NCBI GenBank assembly: GCA_045837725.1
Contig: JBEWZL010000123.1
Location: 372,001 to 436,000, forward strand
DNA from: Vermamoeba vermiformis
Taxonomy: Eukaryota
Direction of reading: 5' to 3'
DNA: 64,000 nt
The position numbers and the translations under genes were made by a program. Below, one piece after another: positions 50,952 to 63,732 of this stretch. Position 1 is the first letter of the stretch. Every line of letters starts with the position of its first letter. Under the pieces are notes generated by a model. That model was not told where the DNA came from, made no database searches, and worked only from the letters and a program-made list of their open reading frames with translations.

Positions 50952-52848
50952 ATGCACGCGTGGTTGATCGGTTCGCGAGCATGGTATGGCGATTACGAAG
51001 ATCATATCAACCGTGACTGGGACCTCGTAGTAACCAGAAAGAATTTTATTGAAGCCCTCCAAGCTCCTGGATGTAAGAATTACGGCAGATCAAGGCATTT
51101 TATTTATTTATTTTCGTGGTTAATGACATTTTATTTTTATTTAATGCAATTAGTCGGTAATTAATTTATTTTTGTAAATAGCGGACTTTTTGATTTCTGG
51201 AATTTATTATGACTCGATCAAGGACGGCAAGTTCAGAGTCTTCACCAACTGCCCTCGTGCCATCGAAATTGAAATAGAAGATCGATATAAAAGCAACAAG
51301 ATTCTTAAATACTTGCAAGCATCTCCCGGAATCACCCAAATGGCGGATCTTAGTGCAAATTGGAAGTTGCGTCTCGAGCCAGTATCGAAGATTGCATGTG
51401 CCGTTATTAAAAGCAGTCATATATTCTTTCCTGTTAATTGGAGGAAAAACGGTAAGTATTACACCTGCTAGCAATTTCAGATCTAATCCGTTTTGGATGT
51501 AGCTCTTCAACTCGCTCAAATGAAGGACCATTTGAAAAAGAATTCGCTCAATGAGTTAATTAGCGAGGAAAAGCGTAAAAAAGAGCTCAATCAACTGTTT
51601 GAAGCTCGTTCCAGAGAAACTCTTGCACGGCTCTCTCGCGATGTCAAATCCACTGTGACACGAAACAATGGTATGACTCACTTATTATAGCAACATTATA
51701 CTAATAATATCGTCTTATAGAAGTGCTCTCGAATTGGGACAAATCAATTCTGAACAAATTCATTGCTGAGAATGAGAGTGACATGGACTACTTTCCAACC
51801 ACTGACTCACGTGTCAGCAAAGCGAAATTTCATTCGAGTACTGATGAAGACAAGTACGAGCTCATCGATGATCAGTTGCAGTTGATTTCACTCTTGTACT
51901 TCAACAGCAATCCGCAACTAAGGTTCGTCAATATGACACTTCACATCGCTATTTTCACCGTAGTAACTGTCATTTGTTAGCGTCAAAGACATTTACGTGC
52001 TGTCGCTCGAAACGTTCTGCTGTCAACAAATCGCTAGACTACCAAGCACTCACGACAAATTGTTCAGACGCACCGAGCTCGTGTATCGTACGTTGACAAC
52101 AGTACTCTCGTTTAATTATCCAATGCACTAACACAGCATCAGACCCAGAAAACTATGAGGCTAACAGCGAAGAAGGACGGAGGTTAGTTCCGGATGTACT
52201 TGCAGCTGTTCAAAAAGGTAAGCAGTACATCGTGACAGCGGTATGTTTTTCTAACGTTTTGTTTTAGATTTACCAAACGAAGAGTTCGAACTGGCCAGTG
52301 ACGAACAAGTCCAGAAATCAACACTCGGAAACTCGGTCATCCAATGGCTAGTTGACAACTGGTCAATGAAACTAATGACACCGTCACAGCAGTTCATCGA
52401 CTTTGTTTCGCAACGAGTTCCAGTCAATGTTTCGTTGCCTGCCTTGCCTGCGGAAATCCTCATGATTATCTTCAACAAAGCGTCAGATCACCTCACGTTG
52501 TCGGCCATTTGTGGACTGAACAAGCACTTCCGAGGTACCTTCAACACGAATGAACAGTGGAAGGCCCTCGTGTCGTTCATTTGGGGCACTGAAGCTGTGG
52601 ACTACGGCACCAATGTCAGCAGCAACAAGGGCCAATGGCTAAAAGTGTTCCAAGAACTGTACAACGAAGCCAAGGCCGGTCCGTTCTTGTACTGCAATCA
52701 CTGCCACGAGATTCACAGCGTGTTCTCTGATCCGCCGTACTCCTCTGATCGGCCAGAGTGGGAGTGGGCGTATTGCCCGTGTCCCGAGTGTGATGTTGGC
52801 AGTTGGGCTGCGTGTGAGTATCGTCACGAATTCGTGTACTGTAATTAG
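50952..52848 (+). CDS. Nucleotidyltransferase-like / F-box / Cys-His tail fusion protein, paralogue B
   Basis: LIGSRAW...RDWDLVV; IKSSHIFFPVNWRKN; F-box LPAEILMIIF...WKAL; CNHCH...YCPCPEC. Confidence 0.75.
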
Positions 52849-52902
52849 TTTTTATAACTTAAGCCATTATTTTACATTTTATATAAAACACTATTCTAAT
52901 TA

Positions 52903-55469
52903 TTAATTGAGGTCCATATCTTTGCCTTCTTCTTTCACTTCTTCATTCAAGTTCGGAATGCTGTCGGGCGATTGTTGCTGTTGTTGAGACTCGGTGCCTT
53001 GACTGACAGGCAGGTTGTACGAGCGTTTCTCGGGCTCGTTCAAGTCCAGCGAACTTTCTTCCTCGTGCTTAGACTTGACATCTGCAACCGCTGCAATGGC
53101 GCCGGTCTTGTTGTACTTGACAATCTTGGCGCTGAACTTCTTCGTGGCGGTAGTTCTGCTGATGTTCACGACAGGCTTGGACGGGTCCTTGAACTTCATC
53201 AACATCGACGAGTCTTCATCGTTATCATCGTTAATGCCTAGAATGTAATCGATTTGATTCGCTTCGACTTCAATCGACATCAGATCCACGCGTTCATTTG
53301 AACTGGGGAGCTTCTCGTAATTGGACCTGTTGCACGTGCATTAGATAAACATAACTGCTTTATATTGTAATAACATACTTAGCCTTGGTCGTTAAGAATG
53401 CCAAGTAAGGACTGTCATAAACACCTAGGCCCCACGCTTCTTGATCACCGCGCGTGCTTTTAACGAACAATCTAGTGGGCCAATGTTAGTGCTCGTCTAG
53501 TGTAGAATCGCTTGTGTTACCTCGGATTGGCTTTCAATGTGCCGTGTACGAGGTCTTCGAGCCTCTTTGTCTTCGCTTTGCCGTGGCATAATCTGTTCCA
53601 GTTATCCATGATCATCTTCACGAGTTCCTATTTGCGAGTGTTACGGCTATTCACTCGGTTAATATTAGCTTACATCTTTCAGCAAGAACGAGCTGGTCAT
53701 TGTATCGCCCTTGATGATGGACATGAACTTCAAGTTGTACAGAGCAATGCGCACGATGTCTCGCCAGCCTATTGTTGCCAGTTAGTACACGCAATAGCTC
53801 TATGCTGCGTACCTTTGGGATACATCTGGAAGTGTTCTCGCGTGCAGTTGGTCTTTTTGTTACAGTTTTTACATAGAAATACATAGCCCCAGTCACCTAG
53901 TTGCGCACGCAAAGTTAGTACAGGGACGTTGTGTTCATGACATTAGGCACGTACCAGGCATTGGTGAGTAGTCGGGCTGCTTGGCCATACATCGCTGGTG
54001 GAACAAGAGGTTGCAACTGGTGCACAAAAGATCAACGCGCTGCGTCATTTGATCCTCGACTGATGGGCTCTTCGTGCCACAGTAACAACCTAAGTGTTGA
54101 GTTAGGTCCGCCAGTGACTCGTGCACAACACTTACCGTAGTGGAAAGCAATCACCACTTCACTTGACTCGCTGCTCGATGACTCGTAGTCGGCTATTAAG
54201 GGCTGTTAGTTGGTGGCGCACGTGCGAATTGAACACTTACCATCATCGTCCTCAGCACTCGAAGCACTTTCACCGATCTGGAACTGATCTAATTCATCGC
54301 CCGAGAGTTGAATGTTGTGTGGATTCAAAGTGTTGCTCGAAATGACGGGTGTCAGGCCGTATTCACGTGCCACTTGGTCACTTCTGCGGGGTCTACCTCG
54401 TTTTTTCTTCTCGCCATTGCTGTCATAAGAAGAGGCCTTGGGAGAAATCACGTGCTCACCAGGGCTAGGATTCTTGCGTGGACGACCACGAGGGCGTTTG
54501 GACGAGTTCGGTGCGCTGAAGGAGTGCAACACATCCGTTGAACTAGTTGTAGGGCTATTGAGAAGAGTGTTGACATTGGAGGTCGTTGCTTGATGCGTGA
54601 CAGGCACTGCAGGTGCTGACCACGTGTCAGTTGCGCTCGTGCCACTGCTCGACACTGAAGTCGCCGCTGGCAGCTGTGTGGGAGGATAACTCGCCACTAT
54701 ATTGCTCACGTTCATCGTGTTCGGGGCAGCGTTTAAAATAGTGCTCAATGTTTGTTTGTTCGCGTCAGCTGTGGTGGTAGTCGGCACAGCACTCGGAATC
54801 GGAGTTGGTACGTAGTTCATTGTCGTCATGCTGGATCCACCTGCGCTCTCTTCCAACAAGCTTTTCTTTGGTCTGCCACGCTTCTTAGGAATCTTAGGGG
54901 GCTTTTCAATCTCTTCACCTTTCTTTGGTCGGCCAGGCTTGCGTTTAATACCACCTGAGTTGGGTGACACGACCGGTGAGGTTGACGAGGGTGGCGATGA
55001 CAGTGGTGGTGCTTGTTGTGGCGAGGACACTTGTGGTATGTTAGTCACTGGCACTGACAGCGGTGCTTGACTGACTGTGTGGGACAAAGAGCGTTAGCAA
55101 GGCTTGGCCCGCGCACTAATCCTGCGTGTGACGTACCTAATGTATCGACCTTCATGGGCTCTGGTTGTGCAGGTTTTGTTTCAGCGGGCTTGATGACCGA
55201 GGCTAGAATGTCTAAATAACTCAAAAGTTAATCGCCGCGAGTCTGAAAATGTCGTGAAGCATTACTTGAGCGGATCGACTCGGCTAAGGTCGATGAAAAG
55301 GACTCATTTCCAGCTCTGTACAGTTGATATTAAAAATTATGAATTAAAGATATTGGACGTACTCGACAGCCGGTGAAGTAGATGTCTGGCAAAAATGAAA
55401 AATTAATTATTAATTTACTGCGCGTCAAAAAAAATCGAAAAAAATACGTACGAATCCATCTGTGGCCAT
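52903..55469 (-). CDS. Chromatin protein: four AT-hooks, PHD finger + winged helix (Polycomb-like/ASH2 type) and a chromo-shadow-like domain
   Basis: PGRPKK, RGRPKK, RGRPRK and RGRPRR; CYC...CTSC..FHQRC...CKNC; WRDIVRIALYNL; MDNWNRL; ILGINDD...MLMKFKD. Confidence 0.8.
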
Positions 55470-56044
55470 AAGTCGTTACTGTAATATTATGTCCTCTATA
55501 TATTCAACAAAAAGTCAGCAATTAAATGACAAATTAGGAAAAATTAGTAAAATAAATATTTTAAATTATCGATCGCACAAGTTAATGAAATAACCATTTA
55601 ATGTTATACTAATGTCGCAATTGTTCGCTAGCAATTAGAGCTCGCGATATAATATACGATAATCTTTTAATAGTCGTCGGATGGATCCTTACTCTAACTC
55701 GGTGGTATTTTCTTAATACCTAAATAAACACTACAGTGTTGTTCTGAGATTAAGGCGTTGAATAAAGATTGACAAGTATTTTCCTGCGGAAAATTATCCT
55801 CCGTTTCTCTGGTTATCAGCTAGTTTCGCGTATACATTTACAACGTGATACGCAATGAATACGTCATGGCCAGTATAGTTTAATGTTTCTAAGGCGAAAT
55901 GTGAGTTCCCGCTGGGACGATGATCTGTGTAAAGCAAATTTGAAATTGAACTCACGGATGTAAACCACTAAAAGGCTTAATTTATCATTTTAAATTTGTG
56001 TTGTGTAACTTACAAGCAGCTAATTGATTAACATCCATTCGTCA

Positions 56045-56458
56045 ATGTCCCTATTTCAAGATCGCAGGACCAAGCGCACTAGTAAGTAACATATCGCCTT
56101 CCTCAGTTATTAATACACTCTTTAGCTCTCGTTTTATTTACATTTTTATTTATTAGCTATTTTGACGTCGAACCTAAGCTCAATTTCGTCGCGAAGATTT
56201 TTATTTGAAGATATTGGAGGCGGCTCTGGTAGCAGATATTTATGGGGAGCTGCGGTATTATTATTTTCTGTTGGCTGGATTTATTCAACTTACCACAAGA
56301 GAGAAAAGCTCGCTCTCGATGAGCAAAAGAGACAAGAAAAATTAGAGAAACGGGAAGAAAGGCGCGAGGCTCGTCAAGAAAAGAAAGAGCAGCTCATGGC
56401 TCAAGTTGGGCAATTAAAGGAGAAGTACTTATCTAAAAAATCAGATGACACGAAATAG
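56045..56458 (+). CDS. Small single-TM protein with a charged coiled-coil tail
   Basis: Two exons; TM YLWGAAVLLFSVGWIY; E/K/R-rich tail. Confidence 0.55.
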
Positions 56459-56695
56459 ATTCGTTTTTTGACCTATTGGTGTAATAAATATGATGTTAAA
56501 TGTGTGACTTCAATAGTGTTAGTGTTTCAGCTTGGACTGGTTGTGTGACGTCTCAATAGGAGACAGGAGACAAAATTACTCTCCACAATTTTGTGGCGGT
56601 TACCTCCACAACAAGAAACTAGAATGATGACAGGATGTGATATTTATTTATCAAATCAACGTGCAGTACAACAAAGAACGAAATTAACTAGTTGA

Positions 56696-59600
56696 ATGAG
56701 TTCCAAACCGATCTTCAGTGGCTTCACTTTTGTTTTTGATGGACTTACGCTGAAGGAGAAGAACGAAGCCATTAACAAAGTAAAGAGTTACGGAGGAACT
56801 GTTTCATATTCTTTGGGGCCTAAAGTAAGCGCGATCTACTTAGGATTCGACTTTTCGTGCATAACTTAATTACTAATAATTATCTGATAGGTCTCACATC
56901 TCGTAGTATCAGATAATTTTAGTCCTACGCCGTATCAGGTGCGTAACAAATTAACTAAATTGGAATTCTAATTTACCGGATCGGATTTCAGTCCGATGTT
57001 ATCGCTCGTCATTCAATCGTCACTGTTCGAGCAGCGTATATTACGGAATGTATTCAGCTTGGGGATTTATTGCCTGTGGAGGAATTTTCAGTCCGAAGTG
57101 AAGATCCGGCTATGAACACGAGTACTTCCGTGAGCCCAGCGTCGAGCACAGACGAATTACCTCCACCTAGTGATGTAATTCTAGCTATCGAGCCGATTTC
57201 AGTGGAAGAAGAACCTGCTCCTGGTAGTTTTTTTTAATCTGTGCATGTCACTTCCAATACTAATTTATGGCGCAGTGGTGCTGTCGTCGCCTGTTGTCAA
57301 GAAGAAAATCATTTCAGGTCGCAACAAAAATCAAAAGAAGGTTATTGTCGTGCAACAAGGTTCTGTGGAGCCGACCAAAGATGTCTCTAACACTGGCCCC
57401 GACGCTCCACAAGTGCTCAAGTTCAGACGGGACGACATGGATTCTTACAACGTGCTTTTGAGTGCTGCATTGCCCGGCGGCAAGGCAAAGAAATTGCTGG
57501 GCCGTTTGAAAGGTACGAGCACGGGATATGTTGGTCCTTCGAAATCCACTAAAATCAATTTAGAAAATGTTGGGCTGGAACAACCTGCACTAGTTGACAC
57601 ATCGGGCTATTTGATCAAACAAGTTTGTTGCGGCAGCTATCATTCTGCTCTCATCAATCGTAAGTGTGCTTGAGCAAGCGTTTATAAATTAACAACGCAT
57701 TGCACAGACGTTGGTCAATTAATGACTTGGGGCTCGGGAGGTGCACGATTAGGACACGGCAGTGGTGCAGTATTGAAACCTACTGTCGTGCCTGGTGTGG
57801 AAAACTGCATCAAGTTAGCTTGCAGCAGTACTCAAACTGCCGTTCTCACCGGTAGGATTTCTTTTCCTCCCATGAATTCATCTAATAATGGTTGTGTAGC
57901 TGAGAGACAGTTGATAGTGTTTGACGATACCAATGGCCGGGCGAATATTGATGCATCGCACTGCGGGGAAATTGTCAACATCTACTGCGGTAACGGGGTA
58001 ACTGCTGTTCGTAACGCCGAGAATTCTGTATATTTTGCTGGCAAGTTCATGAAAAAGAGCTACGGTTTGGATTCGCCAATTGCTGGTGAATTTAAAGCAG
58101 TTAGCTTCGGTGCCGAGCACTGTTTGCTGTTGACGACTGAAGGTACCGTCATGTCTTTGGGCTCCAATAGCAGTGGGCAGCTGGGTATGATGGTACTATA
58201 GTGCCGTTGAAATCGTTTTTAACGTTCGTTCAGGACTTGGTGACAAAACGGAACGCGCGATGCCCGTTACTATTGGTTTGACAGAGGTATCTGCTATCGT
58301 AGCAGGCGAGCGTCACAGTGCGGCAGTAACGAGCAGAGGTGATCTGTACGTGTGGGGTGCTAGCCCTCACGGCTTCGAAGACATGCTGACACCTGTAGCG
58401 AATCACTGTGCCAACGGTATGGTGAAGTTAGACATGTCCAAGGAGCACCTCATTGCGCTCGATTCAACAGTAAGCGATTGCTTTTACGTTCAACATCAGT
58501 TAATCAAGTTCAATTTTAGGGAGACATTTTACGATGGCCTCTCGACTGTTTTGGCAGCAACACTTTTGACGATGTTGACAGCAATCTATTTCTTGTTGAG
58601 CGTGCGTGCAACATATCTTGTGGCGCGCATCATATCATGGTTGAAGTGTCGTCTTGTTCTGCCATCTCGCATCAACTCGTGCAGCATGGCACTGCGGACA
58701 TGGCGACCAATATTATGGACATTCTCGGGGATGAAGCATTTGGCCTCGTTGATCGATCCAAGTTCACTCTCCTCCACACAGCTGTGTTGAACGTGGACTC
58801 TGCGGTTGTATTGACAGCATTGCTAGACGCGCGATCGGGCTGGGATTTGAACGCGAAAAACTCACACGAAGAGACCCCAGCGGCTCTTTATGTTGCTCAA
58901 AATGACATTCAAGCCTTGGAAATTGTCGCGGAGTGCGGAGCACAACTTGAATCAGCTTTAGTATGCGCCGGAGATTATGGCCGTAACGATATGGTGGACT
59001 TATTGCTCGAATACAACGTTGATCGCACTTGCTTTTTTGAAAGGAAGGTTGCTCATGTGCCTGAGGACATTGTGGACAAAGTTGCTCAAGCAGGCGGTCT
59101 TTTGGGCTTAGATTTTGCCCCCGTCGACGATCTTGAAAGATGCGGCTTGATTCCAATGGTACCGTTGTCGGAGAAATATCCTTGCAAGATTGGCATGGTA
59201 CGCGGCAAGGAGGATTTGATGCTTGCTCACAAGGTGACTACGGCTCTGCAATGTTATGGCACTCGAATGTACGTACTGAATATCAACCACTACACAGTAC
59301 TCATATCGTCACAGCATTGCCGACACGTGGAGTCATCCTGAGTACATTGCAGGAAGCACTAACACTTTGTTGGCTCTCTTGACGAAGACCTCGGTGAAGG
59401 ACAAGACCTTCGTTACTAAGTTGATTGATTCGTACACGAGTGGCAAGCACATTATTCCTGTGTGGGTGGATGAGGAAGAATTGGACATGCCTATCGACTC
59501 CAAGAAGAAACTCAAGACTTTGTTCGTCAAAAGCGGCTTGCGATTTAATTTCAGCGTGAACGAAGTCGAATCGAACGAGCACAATCACCGAGTGCGCAAT

Positions 59601-61637
59601 TTCACTAAGCAGCTTGCTGCTTTCAATACAAAAGGTAACCAGACACGTCACTACTGTGAAAATTCTAACGTCATTAAGCTTTGCACGCGCCTCGTCAAGC
59701 CAAGGTTTCTGTAAATGACTTCTCATTTGCTGAAGAAACTGCTCCGAAGCAAGGATTCAAAAAGCGTCCTGAATTTTGTGTCTACGTCTCAACGACTTTG
59801 CACGACATGGTGGAGGAACGCGAGTTGTTAATCAACAAAGTGTTTCCGGAGATTGAAAAGTTATGCGCTGAAAGAGGTGTGCCCTTTTCGTTCATCGATA
59901 TGAATGCAGGAGCACAGAGCGACATTCTCGACTACGATTCTCGTCTGGTTTCAGGATTTGAGTTGATTGACAAAAGGTAATTCATATTAGTTGTTATTCA
60001 TCGATTGACATTGGAATAGTTCTTGCTTTATTGGCTTGTTTGGCGAGCGTTATGGATGGCACTCGCAATATGGTGGCGCCGAAGCCTTTGCCAAGAACAT
60101 CGACTTGGCTTCACAAACGGGCCATAAATGGGTCTCTGCATTCGAGTAAGTCTAGTGATTATAAGTCGATGTGAAACCTAACGTTGTTATCACTAAGAAA
60201 TCGCTCGATAAATGAGCTCGAAGTCATTCACGGTGTGCTCAGACACGTACCAAGTGACAAATTGGGCTCATTTGCTGAACATTATGACGAAGCTGCTCAA
60301 GGAGAAATTCCAAGAGACGTTTTATTCTATTACCGAGAGCCATCATACGTCCAAAAGATTCCCATAAAGAAGAAATCTCAGTTCGTTAGCGAGAGCTACT
60401 CGGCCAAGAGTTTGCTGAACGACATGAAGTACAGAATCGGTCTCGCTGGATTGCCAAGCAAAAATTACAGGTAATCCAACAATGAATACCTTTCATACGC
60501 ACTCGCTCATCAATAATTCTAGACATCCAAGCGACTTTGCTACCGAGATTTTGAATGATTTGAGAAAAGTTCTAGACAAGCAATTTCCTGGGACAATGGA
60601 GCCCATTACTTTGGCTGAAGTAGAAGCGTGTCAACAGCAAAGCGTTATCGAACGCTTATCTACTTCATCAGTGCGTTTATTCAATACGACACGAACACTG
60701 ATGCACTCGTACATCAATTCTCGCTCACGATATCCATTTACAATCAAAGGAGCTGAAGGGTCCGGCAAAACATACCTACTTGCGTCAATTGCTGCGGAGT
60801 ACCAAAAATACAATCCCGAGGCCCTTGTAGTATTCGTCGCGATCGATATGTACAACAACCAAAACGATCTTGCGAAGAAAGGCGTGATCCAGCAGATCAG
60901 GTAAACCTACTTGTTTCGTATGGCTTTTTGTCTAACTTTTGTAGATCTCGCTGCGGAGAATGTCCTGCGCAATCTTTCACCGAATGGCTCGACCACGCGG
61001 GGCGCAAGATGCCTGTCCTTCTGGTCGTTGATGGAGTTCACAAGTTGAGCGTAAGTATCTCAATTGTACCAATATACAAGCTCACACAATGATAGGAATT
61101 TTGGATTCCGGAAGATGAACTCTTGCCGCACAACGTGAAGCTTATTACGTCACGAGCCCTTGACAACTATGACCGTCCCTTCACCCACTCACTTAGTCTC
61201 ACCGACTCTGAGTTCAACCTTTACGTGTCTCATTGCTTCGACCTCAACAGGAGCAGAGATGTCAACAAAGTTTTCGAGGAAGACGATGTGAAACAGCGGA
61301 TTGTAGAGCTCCTTCCTGCCAAGGAGTTGCCAATTGTTCGCCTTTTAGTAGATGAAATCTCTCGTGCCACACTAGCAGCAGACGTGGAGGAGATTTTTGC
61401 CAAGTTTGAAGGACAGCAGATTCAGACTTTGATTGCCGAAATTGGTACGTTCACCATCGAGGAGATAACGTGACTAACCATTTTTTAGTTTTGCCTAATC
61501 TGCGCAAGGAGTTCAACAACATCGAGCAAGCGTTGAAAATCGTCTTTACTAGTCCATCGCTGCCAGAAATGTTTAAGAATGGAATTTCCTTTGAGCGGGC
61601 TTGTCGCTTAAAATATCTGCTCAACTTGCCTTTGTAA
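56696..61637 (+). CDS. Multidomain STAND-type NTPase: BRCT, RCC1 repeats, ankyrin, TIR-like, DUF4062-like, NACHT-like P-loop
   Basis: BRCT (FSGFTFVF..GGTV..SHLVV..ITEC); RCC1 (CGSYHS, GAEHCL, GSNSSGQLG, AGERHS); ANK (TLLHTA). DUF4062-like VSTTLHDMVEERELL, GERYGW and SINELEV. Walker A GAEGSGKT; Walker B LLVVDG. Confidence 0.8.
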
Positions 61638-61693
61638 ATACAGATTTTGTTAATTAAATAACACACGACGTAGCATTATTTATTATTTAAGCC

Positions 61694-63732
61694 ATGCAAA
61701 GCGTGCTTCGTCGATTAGTTAGCCGTTCTGCGAGATGCAATTCCACATCAGGAACTCGAGGACGCGCAAGAGTTTATAAAAAGAATTTCTGGACGTGCTC
61801 TGCGCCAAAATTTGTTATGCTAGCAGGTGTTGGTGTTGTAGGGGTAAGCATAATTATCCATAATTTTTTAGAATTAATTCAGAAATTAAAAAAAACTCTC
61901 TGGATCCAACGTAGAAATAATCGTATTGTTTGCGTTTAGGCATTTTCATACAGCGCTCTAGCGCCAAATTCGCGTAATTTAGATTCCAAGACCTCTGTTA
62001 TTAACCCAGCGGTGCCAGATGCACAAAATTTGGATGTCAGCGAGGCAGGATTTCGCTGGGTTGATGTAACTGCAGCGAACTTTGACGCAGAGCTTAAAAG
62101 AGTAAGAAAAACCTGCTTTGATTTGAGGCTAATCTCAATGTCCAGTTCAAACAACTCCTTCCGGAAGCCTTTTTAGTCTCAGTTGACACCGAGTTTACTG
62201 GCCTTGAAGCAAGCGAAAAGAATCGTAGTACATGGAACGATTCAATTGCACAGCGCTACCGTAAAAATAGAGATAATTGCAGTCAATTTATGGCATTACA
62301 AATTGGTGTATGTTTGTGGACCAGAAACGACAAGCAAGAGTAAGTCTGTGTTGCATGTCATTTCACTCGTATTAATGTGTTGCAGATATGTCGCATATCC
62401 ATTTAATTTCTATGTGATGCCCAAGGACAAGAACTTCTTGGTTCAAGCATCGTCTTTGCGATTCCTCGCGGATAACCATTACGATTTCAACAAGACGTTT
62501 GGGGAAGGCAAGAAAAGTGTAAATGCTCGATATTGTACTCATCTGAGTATTTTTATAGGAATTCCTTTCTTGAACTTAGATGAGGAGACACAAAGAAAAG
62601 ATAAAGTGCTCATACGCTCTTATGATAAAATTACGATTGGACCCAAAGAGGAGATCTTGTTGAACGATTTAGTGTAAGTATATGCACAAATAGCGACTTT
62701 ACTTATCCGTGTAGCAAGGAAATATCTGCGTGGCGAGATACGGCAAAACCGGGTGATGTGTTAGAAATGCCCAACTTAACTGGATTTCAACGATTGTTGG
62801 CGTATCAAGAAGTAGACCACAGGTTGGAGGCGTGATGAATTATAATGTTTTGTCTGAACTAATAATTATCCGATCAGGTTTGACGACATCTACTTCGATT
62901 CAAAACGAACAGGCCCGCAAGTCGTACTGAAGGTGTTAAAGATTACCAAAGAAGAAAAAGAGGATAGAAATAGACAAAAAGTTGAGGCTGCGCTCGTAAG
63001 TTTATTATTACACGGCAGTACACGTGTTAAAGTTTTGACAGAAAAAAATCGATGAAGAGGTTGGCTTTACAAAGGTCATGAAGAGCATAAACGAACGGTC
63101 CAATCAATTCGTCGTGGTTGGACACAACATGTTCTTGGATCTGTTGCACTTCTACGACAAGTTCTACAAGCGCTTGCCGCAAGAGCTTCCCGAGTTCGTT
63201 AAAGAAACCAACCAATTATTCCCGCAGTACGTACCCGCGCGCTTCCGTGTATTTAGTACTTATATTCATATTTAAAGGGTTATGGATACAAAATACATCG
63301 CTATTAACGACCCACAGATCTCGAGTGTAGTAAAAACAACGGATCTGGGCTTCTTGCATCAAAATATTGCCAAGTTCAGCACAAATAATTCTCCTAAGAT
63401 AGGTAAGTAATTGACGAGAAACAAAGACGTAAATGTAACGCGACAATTTTAGCCATCCCGTCAAACTTCGGTAGGGACAGTGGATCCGGTGTTTATCACC
63501 AAGCAGGTAATACAAGATCAATAATAAGAATAAGGGGTATCTCACCCACAAATTGACAGGTTTTGACGCGTTTATCACGGGTTACGTGTACCTGCACATG
63601 CTACACACTCTTGGAGGCAACGCCTTTAATCGTGCTTCAATGATGGCCTTTGCTCCATATATGAACAAAGTGAATTTATCGATGTCGCGAGCTCCACTGG
63701 ATTTACAACCTGTGAGCAAAAACGAAAAATAG
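61694..63732 (+). CDS. PARN/PNLDC1-like CAF1-family DEDD 3'-5' ribonuclease with an R3H-like region
   Basis: DVTAANF, VDTEFTGL, PFNFYV, FLADNHYDFNK, GFQRLLAYQ, VVGHNMFLD, DTKYIA and HQAGFDAFITG. Confidence 0.9.

Noticed and set aside
7392-63732. RdRP, chromo-shadow protein and PARN as an RNA-silencing gene cluster
   Set aside because: They are separated by tens of kb of unrelated genes, with no evidence of linkage beyond chance.
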